NCBI GenBank assembly: GCA_002269645.1
Contig: NIVC01002013.1
Location: 149,324-213,323 of the forward strand
Source: Macrostomum lignano
Lineage: Eukaryota
Direction: 5' to 3'
DNA length: 64,000 nt
Position 1 is the first letter of the stretch; each line of letters opens with the position of its first letter. Below, one piece after another: positions 13,557 through 23,300 of this stretch. A model generated the notes under the pieces. That model ran no database searches and was not told where the DNA came from. It was given only the letters and a program-made list of their open reading frames with translations. Made by a program: the position numbers and the translations under genes.

Positions 13557-16500
13557 ATGTTGGCAATTTCCAGTCGTCAAGGCCAACTAATTGGCCGATT
13601 TTTGTCTAGAAATGCGACAACTGCTCGCCACCTAGCTAGCGTGCCTAGTGCCAGTTTCAATGGCACCAATGGAAGCAGTCAGAGTCGAGGTCCTCAATGG
13701 GCTTCGAAAGTGGCACTTGTTAGCGGTGGATTCTTAGCTGGCTGCTGTCTGACAGTCTGGCAGTTGAGACGTCAGCGCAGCTTCAGCGAGGCTGCAGGCA
13801 GTGGCGTGGCTTTGGCTGCCAGCGCTAACAGGCCGACCCCGCCAACTAGCGTCAACCACATCGCCGATCTGGTGGAGCTGGTGTCTCCCACGGCAGTTAA
13901 CATCCGGGTAGAGGGCAGCACGGCGCTGCACTCAATGCTTGGCATGCCCAGCTCGCAGGGCTCCGGGTTTATTATACGCGAGGATGGCCTTATTTTAACT
14001 AATGCTCACGTGGCTGGAAGGTTTAAGGTGAGAACGGAGTAACCTGCTGTTGCTTGTTGGTTGGTTACCTGTGAATCTGTTATTCAAAGTCTAGGTGAAA
14101 TCTCTGTGTATGGGACACTATTGGCGCCATCTCTGACACTATTGACGCCATATTTGACACTATTGGCGCCATCTCTGACACTATCGACGCCATATTTGAT
14201 ACTATTGGCGCCATCTCTGACACTATTGGCGCCATCTCTGACACTATTAACGCCATATCTGACACTATTGGTGCCATCTCTGACACATTATTGGCGCCAT
14301 CTCTGACATTATTGGCGCCATCTCTGACACTATTGACGCCATCTTTGACACAATATTGGCGCTATCTCTGACACACTATTGGCGCCATCTTCGACACACT
14401 ACCAGCGCCAACTTTGACACACTACTGGCACCATCTCTGAGATAATTGGCACCAACTCTAACACACTATTGGCGCCATCTCTGGCACACTATTGGCGCCA
14501 TCTCTGACACGCTATCGACGCCATCTCTAATACACTGTCGGCGCCGCTATCTTTGACACACTATTGACGCCATCTCTGACAAACTATCGGCGCCATCTTT
14601 AACATAATCAGAGCAGTCTCTGAGACATAATCCGCGCCATCTCTGATACACTTTTGGTGCCATCTTCGACACACTACTGGCGCCTTCTTTGACACACTAC
14701 CGGCGCCAACTCTGAGGTAATCGGCGCTATCTCTAACACACTATTGGTGCCATCTCTGGCACACTATTGGCGCCATCTCTGACACTATTGGCGCCATCTC
14801 TGATACTATTGGCGCCATCTCTGACACTATTGGTGCCATCTCTGACACTATTGGCGCCATATCTGACACTATTGGTGCCATCTCTGACACATTATTGTTA
14901 GCATATCTGACACTATTAACGCCATCTTTGACACACTATTGGCGCCATCTTCGACACACTACTGGTGCCTTCTTTGACACACTACTGGCGCCATCTCTGA
15001 GATAATCGGCGCCATCTCTAACACACTATTGGCGCCATCTCTGGCACACTATTGGCGCCATATCTGACACGCTTTCGGCGCCATCTCTAATACACTATCG
15101 GCGCCGCTATCTTTGACACACTATTGGCGCCATCTCTGACAAACTGTCGGCGCCATCTTTAAGATAATCGGAGCAATCTCTGACACGCGATTGGCGTCAT
15201 CTCTGAGACAATCAGCGCCACTTTTATCTAATATATCGGTGATAATATCGGCGCTATTTTCTATCTTTCCAGATCTAGTACAGAAAGTCTAGTAGTGTTA
15301 CTATAAAAAAGTACTTTATTACCATTATCAACGCAGGGCAGCCTGGTTGTCACCCTAACAGACGGTCGCGAGCTGCCCGCAGAGCTGATAGCCATAGACG
15401 CTGAGAGCGACATGGCTCTAGTGAAGGTGTCGGCTCGCGACCTTCCCGTGCTACCGTTGGGCCAGTCGAAGCGCTGCCGAGCTGGCGAATGGGTCATCGC
15501 GATTGGCTCTCCGCTGACCCTCAGCAACACGGTCACGGTTGGTATTCTCAGCAATACAGCCAGAAATTTGGGCACCGGTAGCAATATTGAGTATCTGCAA
15601 ACTGATGCCGCCATCACGTTTGGCAATTCTGGCGGGCCATTGGTGGATATGCATGGCCAGGTGAGCCCGGTATTTTTATTATTGCCTGTTTAACACCTGT
15701 TAGACAGAAGCTATACCTGTTAGACATAAGCTATACTTGTTAGACAGAAGCTATACCTGTTAGACATAAGCTATACTTGTTAGACAGAAGCTATACCTGT
15801 TAGACATAAGCTATACTTGTTAGACAGAAGCTATACCTGTTAGACAGAAGCTATACTTGTTAGACATAAGCTATACCTGTTAGATAGAAGCTATACCTGT
15901 TAGACAGAAGCTATACTTGTTAGACAGAAGCTATACTTGTTAGACAGAAGCTATACATGTTAGATAGAAGCTATACCTGTTAGACAGAAGCTATACTTGT
16001 TAGACAGAAGCTATACATGTTAGACAGAAGCTATACTTGTTAGACAGAAGCTATACATGTTAGACAGGAGCTATACATGTTAGACAGAAGCTATACTTGT
16101 TAGACAGAAGCCTCACCTGTTAGACAGAAGCTATACTTGTTAGACAGAAGCCTCACCTGTTAGACAGAAGCTATACTTGTTAGACAGAAGCCTCACCTGT
16201 TAGACAGAAGCCTCACCTGTTAGACAGAAGCCTTTTCTGCTAGGCAGAAGCCTCACCTGTTAGACGGAAGCTTTACCTGTTAGACAGGAGCCTCACCTGT
16301 TAGACGGTAACTTTACCTGTTAGACAGGAACCTCCCCTGTTAGACAGAAGCCTCACCTGTTAGGCAGAAGCCTCACCTGTTAGACAGAAGCCTTATCTGC
16401 TAGGCAGAAGCCTCACCTGTTAGACAGAAGCCTCACCTGTTAGACGGAAGCCTCACCTGTTAGACGGAAGCTTTACCTGTTAGACAGGAACCTCACCTGT

Positions 16501-17048
16501 TAGACAAACCCTCAACTGTTAGACAAAACCCTCAACTGTTAGACGGAAGCTTTATCTATAAGACAGAAGCCTCACCTGTTAGACACAATTTCCGCGCACT
16601 TTTACTGCAGGCGATCGGCATCAACACGCTGAAAGCGGACGCTGGCATCAGCTTCGCCATTCCCATCGACGAGGCGAAGAATTTCGTAGACCAGGCCCTG
16701 TCCACCTCTCGCCAAGTGATCAGCCGGCCAAAGGCCTACCTGGGCCTCACGCTGCTGTCGCTCAACCCCACCATCGCCAGGCGGGTCTTCGGTCGCGATG
16801 GCATTGACAAAGGCGTCCTGGTGCACTCGGTTCACCCGGACTCGCCAGCTCAGCGGGCCGGCCTGGCCAGTTATGACGTCATTCTGACTGCGGACGGCGA
16901 GCCGGTTCGTCGGGTGTCCGATCTGCACCGCGCTGTTGCCAAGGCAACGCAAAGAGGCGGTGGTAAATCTGTGACTGTTCGATTGCTGGTGCTGCGGTCT
17001 GGGCGCGAGCTTCAGCTGGATGTGCAGCCAGAACTGCAGGGCGGATGA
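13557..17048 (+). CDS. HTRA2: Mitochondrial HtrA2/Omi-type serine protease with PDZ domain; exons 13557-14027, 15337-15660, 16611-17048
   Basis: Arg/Ser-rich N-terminus, TM segment, catalytic triad NAHV / DMALV / GNSGGP, AIGINT..GISFAIP and a C-terminal PDZ. Both GT-AG introns are phase 0 and join in frame. Confidence 0.95.
14115..15230. repeat. Degenerate minisatellite of about 21-23 bp in HtrA2 intron 1
   Basis: Core tattggcgccatctctgacac with higher-order variants. Confidence 0.95.
15690..16590. repeat. 20-bp minisatellite filling HtrA2 intron 2
   Basis: Unit ctgttagacagaagctatac grades into ctgttagacagaagcctcac toward the right. Confidence 0.95.
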
Positions 17049-17529
17049 GTGGCTGGTGACTATGGCCAGGTTTAAAGCCATTGAGGAAATATTGAGTATC
17101 AGCTTCTGCCTGTCTTTACTGTGTCTTTGTGCCTGTGTGTCTGCCTGTGTGTCTGCCTGTCTGTCTGCTCTGTCTGTCTGCTCTGTCTGTTAGTTTTCCT
17201 GCTGCAAATCTTTCAGAAGCTAAAGGATGCGAAAGAAGAGCTAGACAGGCTTATCCTGCGATTTAGTGTGTTAATATGGCTAGTAGACCTGCCGTCTTTG
17301 ATGCTTAGTTGAATAAAATGCAAGTATTGACTCCCAGCATCGCCTATTATTAGTTAATAAATAATTGTAATTAATTTTTTGCGCTCATAGTTTAATGTGT
17401 AGATATAATAAAAAGTTACTTGCTTAGAGACCGTGAGAGACACTGCATATTTCTAATGTCTTCGTTTGAAATTTCAATTTCATTAAATAGTTCATACTTT
17501 TAGTAGTCAATGCAAATCAGGGACTTATT

Positions 17530-18825
17530 AGCAAATCCCAGATCCTCATAATTCAGCTATTCAAATCCCAGATCCTCATAATTCAGCCATTCAAATCCCA
17601 GATTCTCATAATTCAGCCATTCAAATCCCAGATCCTCATAATTCAGCTATTCAAATCCCAGATCCCCATAATTCAGCTATTCAAATCCCAGATCCTCATA
17701 ATTCAGCCATTCAAATCCCAGATCCTCATAATTCAGCTATTGAAATCCCAGACCCTCATAATTTAGCTATTCAAATCCCAGATATTCATAATTCAGCTAT
17801 TCAAATCCCAGATCCTCATAATTCAGCTATTGAAATCCCAGACCCTCATAATTTAGCTATTCAAATCCCAGATATTCATAATTTAGCTATTCAAATCCCA
17901 GATCCTCATAATTCAGCTATTTAAATCCCAGATATTCATAATTTAGCTATTCAAATCCCAGATTCTCATAATTCAGCTATTTAAATCCCAGATCCTCATA
18001 ATTTAGCTATTCAAATCCCAGATCCCCATAATTCAGCTATTCAAATCCCAGATCCCCATAATTCAACTATTCAAATCCCAGATCCCCATAATTCAGCTAT
18101 TTAAATCCCAGATTCTCATAATTCAGCTATTCAAATCCCAGATCCCCATAATTCAGCTATTTAAATCCCAGATTCTCATAATTCAGCTATTCAAATCCCA
18201 GATCCTCATAATTCAACTATTCAAATCCCAGATCCCCATAATTCAACTATTCAAATCCCAGATCCCCATAATTCAGCTATTCAAATCCCAGATCCCCATA
18301 ATTCAGCTATTCGAATCCCAGATCCCCATAATTCAGCTATTCAAATCCCAGATCGCCATAATTCAGCTATTCAAATCCCAGATCGCCATAATTCAGCTAT
18401 TCAAATCCCAGATCCCCATAATTCAGCTATTCAAATCCCAGATCCTCATAATTCAGCTATTGAAATCCCAGATCCTCATAATTTAGCTATTCAAATCCCA
18501 GATCCTCATAATTTAGCTATTCAAATCCCAGATTCTCATAATTCAGCTATTCAAATCCCAGATCCTCATAATTCAGCTATTCAAATCCCAGATCCTCATA
18601 ATTTAGCTATTCAAATCCCAGATCCTCATAATTTAGCTATTCAAATCCCAGATTCTCATAATTCAGCTATTCAAATCCCAGATCCTCATAATTCAGCTAT
18701 TCAAATCCCAGATCCCCATAATTCAGCTATTTACGCTCGTAAGTCCCAGATCCTCATAACTCAGCTATTCAAATCCCAGATCCCACAATTCAGCCATTCA
18801 AATCCCAGATCCTCATAATTCAGCT
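17530..18825. repeat. 30-bp minisatellite between HtrA2 and MESD
   Basis: Unit aaatcccagatcctcataattcagctattc, about 43 copies. Confidence 0.97.
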
Positions 18826-18848
18826 GAACTCCCAATTCCCCTTTCCAG

Positions 18849-19409
18849 GCGACTGCAGCTGTCCGGTCTCTGCTGCTCCTGTGCCTGCTGCTCCCAGCCA
18901 GCAGCTCGGCCGAGCAGAAGAAGCCGCTGTCCGAGTACTCTGACGCAGACTTGGAGCGACTCTACAAGCAGTGGGAAGAAAGCGATCCGGACTCGGAGCC
19001 CGAGAGCACGAGCTGGAAGAGTCCACAGTTGGATCTGACCAAGGTGCCGGATTTGACAGATCCCACACTAATCCTGCAGCACTCCAGCCGTGGCCAGCCG
19101 GTGCCTCTGATTGTCCGCATCGCTGGAGCCGAGGGTCGCGACTCCGTATGGCTGGAGAATCTGTCGCGCAACTGGCAGCTGGAGATGTTCAACGCTCACA
19201 TGGAGACAACTAGGCGAGTTGTAGAAGACGGCACGGTGCAACTGATCGCTCTTGATGGCTCTCAGGTGGTGAAAGTGCGCGAATATTTGCTAGCCCAGCC
19301 TAACTGTTATTCTGTCACTATCGAGGGTCACACTGTACTCGGTAGGGGCGCTCCAGCTGCTGAAGTGGCCGCTGCCGCCGCTGCTAAAGCCAAAAATACT
19401 GAACTATGA
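18849..19409 (+). CDS. MESD: LRP5/6 chaperone MESD; coding exon begins at a splice acceptor and has no ATG of its own
   Basis: After the acceptor ccctttccag: ATAAVRSLLLLCLLLPASSSA (signal peptide), KKPLSEYSDADLERLYKQWEE (compare human DYNDADMARLLEQWE), WQLEMFNAH, DGSQ and C-terminal NTEL (KDEL-like). AATAAA near 19479. Confidence 0.92.
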   Translation, partial: ATAAVRSLLLLCLLLPASSSAEQKKPLSEYSDADLERLYKQWEESDPDSEPESTSWKSPQLDLTKVPDLTDPTLILQHSSRGQPVPLIVRIAGAEGRDSVWLENLSRNWQLEMFNAHMETTRRVVEDGTVQLIALDGSQVVKVREYLLAQPNCYSVTIEGHTVLGRGAPAAEVAAAAAAKAKNTEL

Positions 19410-19619
19410 ACAGTAGTATAGTAGTGTTAACTTTGTATTTTTTTAAAAATGATTTCAACTTATTTTGTTATGTACACAATAAATTGTCTGCTTCAATCAA
19501 TGTTTTAAATTACATGTAAATTCATTGTGCGATAACATTTTTTTGTGTGATTTCCTTGTTCAAACTTTATAATATAGTAAATGTTTTTTTCAACAATATA
19601 AAGTACATTCAGGTCTGTC

Positions 19620-19810
19620 CCCTCCTAAATGTACATTTACACCTCTACCCCCTTCAGGGCGTACATTCACAGCTCTACCCCCCAGAATGTACATTTACAC
19701 CTCTACCCCCAGAGTGTACATTTACAGCTCTACCCTCCAGAGTGTACATTTACAGCTCTACCCTCTCCCAGAGTGTACATTCACAGCTCTACCCTCCAGT
19801 GTATCCAGTG
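19620..19810. repeat. Short minisatellite of about 28 bp
   Basis: gtgtacatttacagctctaccc repeated about 6 times. Confidence 0.8.
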
Positions 19811-20329
19811 TACATGCAATTTGTGGACGCTCCTTAATTGGTTAACATAGGTCAATTACTTTAGTCTAGTCATTCTGAGTTTCCTTACATGACACCCTAA
19901 TATGCTAAAATTCTTTAGTAGTTCTAACCAAAGAATTCTGTGGTTCTAAATAAGCAATTAAATTCTTCCTGTGATGTTGAATCATAAAGGTTGTATCGTG
20001 ACTTATTTATTATCTTAACTGTTGATTTTGTCTTTATGTTAATTAGTTTGACCGTTTATTTAATGTTCCATTGATTTACTTTTAGTCCTACTTTTAGTAG
20101 CAATATATGCTGTTATTTTAAAATTATGCGAGCAAGAGATTTTCGTCAGTTCAAGAAAAGCACTCTGGTTGTATTTCTGCATAATATTGTTTTAAAATGT
20201 ACGGTATATTTCCTTAGATCAATCATGCCGGATTTACATTAACAGACCAATTGATTCTACGAGTACCACTAAAAATCAAAAGCATTTATTTTGGTCTTCA
20301 TTTATTTGTTGGAAAAAAGGAAGCCGCTT

Positions 20330-23300
20330 CTATTGAATCATCTTTTTTGGCTCCTTCAGGTTCTGTAAAGCTCAGGGTTTGCGATAGAGAGAGACAGTAG
20401 TTTAACTTGGCCTTGGCTTTACTTTATTGTACAGCACTATCTTCTTGTCTGCATAGCGGCTGCGGGAGGGTCGCTGCTGTTGCTGTTGCTGCTGCTGGAG
20501 CCGCTTGATTTCTGCCAACTGTTTGGGCGACAGTTTGGCCTCCCGTTCGGCGACACGCTGTGCCACCGATTCCGTCAGCTCTTTGAGCTCCGGAAAGTCG
20601 TCGAGATTGTCGATTAGCGGGATCAGCAGTGGCTCGATGCTTGGGTGCTTGCTGGCTGGAATTGGGCGATGCAGGTGAATTGAGACTGCATTCTTGATGG
20701 GCCGAGTGATAGACGGGAATGTACACTCGATTGGGATAGAGAGGCTGTATGTACATTCTTGATAGGCGGAGTGGTGATAGTGAGACTGTACACTCGATTG
20801 GGATAGAGAGGCTGTATGTACATTCTTGATAGGTGGAGTGGTGATAGTGAGACTGTACACTCGATTGGGATAGAGAGGCTGTATGTACATTCTTGATAGG
20901 TGGAGTGGTGATAGTGAGACTGTACACTCGATTGGGATAGAGAGGCTGTATGTACATTCTTGATAGGTGGAGTGGTGATAGTGAGACTGTACACTCGATT
21001 GGGATAGAGAGGCTGTATGTACATTCTTGATAGGTGGAGTGGTGATAGTGAGACTGTACACTCGATTGGGATAGAGAGGCTGTATGTACATTCTTGATAG
21101 GCGGAGTGGTGATAGTGAGACTGTACACTCGATTGGGATAGAGAGGCTGTATGTACATTCTTGATAGGTGGAGTGGTGATAGTGAGACTGTACACTCGAT
21201 TGGGATAGAGAGGCTGTATGTACATTCTTGATAGGTGGAGTGGTGATAGTGAGACTGTACACTCGATTGGGATAGAGAGGCTGTATGTACATTCTTGATA
21301 GGTGGAGTGGTGATAGTGAGACTGTACACTCGATTGGGATAGAGAGGCTGTATGTACATTCTTGATAGGCGGAGTGGTGATAGTGAGACTGTACACTCGA
21401 TTGGGATAGAGAGGCTGTATGTACATTCTTGATAGGCGGAGTGGTAGAGGGGATTGTAATATTCCTGCACGAAAACGAGACGCACGAGTTTGCGTGTAGG
21501 AAAATCATTGTCTTTTGACCATAGACAAAGTCATTACTGCACGGTTTTCGAGAAACGTTAAGAAGAGATGAAAATTGAGTGGAGAGTTTATAGAAAAGTG
21601 TATAAAGCTTATTGACTATGGCGTCTGTAATCGACTCGGCTCTGAATCCTCCATTAATTGATTTTCGCTATGCTACGGTGTCTGGATTAATTGGCGACGA
21701 AATGTTTATTGAAAGTGTGTCCAGCAACTTTGAGAGGACGGGCGACGATTTGACTCCACTGATAGCGGATTGCACGTTCAGCGAGGAATTAGAGAAACTT
21801 TTCAGCTCGGATCCGGAAACCTTGTGTAACCTTGACGAATTGGAAAGTCTGGCCGCTCAACTGGAACGCGACAACGAATGTCATTCGACTGTCTCTAAGG
21901 ATAAAGCTGTGATCAACCGCTTGACGGCCTGGTTGGCGGAGAATAATTTAAAAGTGGATTACGCGACTGCTTCGGTGGAAGAAATTGCCAAATGGGTCCG
22001 CTACTTCTATGCGACTCTGCGTAAGTCAGACGGCAGCTTCTATTCGCCGAATACAATCGTAGGAATTCGAGCCGCACTGTTCAGGTACTTTATGAAATTA
22101 CCTGACCTCAATATCATCGCTCACGAGGCTTTTCATAGCGCGAATTTGATGGTGAAGAATGTTTGCAATGCGTATTTGAAGTCCGGTGGTCGAGTGCAGC
22201 ATTACGAAGCCATTGAGTCGGACGACCTTTTCAAGCTTGCTTCTTACTTCGACAGAAGCACTCCAACACGTTTGCAAGAAGAGGTATATTTCAATGTGTT
22301 ATTTTATTTCGGCAATCGCGGCAGAGAATGGCTACGAGGTCTCACTGTTCGTTCATTCCGAGAGAAGGCCCCATCAAACGGAGCTATGGCGATCGAGTTG
22401 CAAGGCAGCACCTCAAAGCTTTATTTGTCGAAAATTACTGCCGTGCCGGGTTGGAATCAGGAGGACTTCTTTCTGCGTCCGAAACCACGAGTGAATGCGG
22501 ATGGCATCTGGTACACCAAAGTACCAGTTGGAATCAACACTTTGGGGCCGTTGCTCAAGAAGATCTCTTCGAATGCTAACCTGTCCAAGCTGTACACTCC
22601 GCATTGTGTGCGACCTACAGTTGTTACGGAGCTGCATGAAGCTGGCTTTTCTGTCGAAAAAATTGCGAAGGTGACAGGTCACAAGGTGAGCAATTCTTTA
22701 TTCTTAGTAAGTTTATTGACACATGGACAAGGAATTTATTAAACACCACCTCTATTCACAGAATAGCGCGTCGGTAGAACGATACATCCGGAGAGGCAAG
22801 AAGAGGGACTCGATCATGGCAGGGATGAGTGATCAGCTGACAGTCGCTCTAGCTGGAACTATGCCGGCACCAAGTTCTACATTGAGCGAAGCTCCTGCAA
22901 GGGCTGTTACAACTACCGACCCGTGCGCCCTGAGCGACGCTCCTACAAGGGCTGTTGCGACTACCGACCCGTGCGGATCAGCGTCAATGTCAACTGTCAA
23001 GAAGTCACTGGTTGTTGAAGAATCGACCACCACACTTTTAGCAGCCCCCACTAAGCGGATGAAGATTTTGGCAAACGGCAAAACGAATGTTGTGCAGTTT
23101 ATTTTCGAGTAAATGCCGAGAGGGGTGTGAGTAGGTCTATAGACTCATTAACTGTTTCCCTAGTTCCACTTATTATCCTTTTTGTTCTTCCATATTGTTA
23201 TTGATTACATATTCAGTTGCTTCTAAAAAAAAATTGTTAAATCGTGCAGGAATGAAGTCATTCCTGCACGATAAGCTAACGTATGTCAAGTGATTTCTAC

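Noticed and set aside
20402-20450. KIVLYNK as the start of a heparan-sulfate 2-O-sulfotransferase motif (YNRVPK)
   Set aside because: No VPK/TAS continuation follows, and the exon fits the C-terminus of the CXorf65-like gene.
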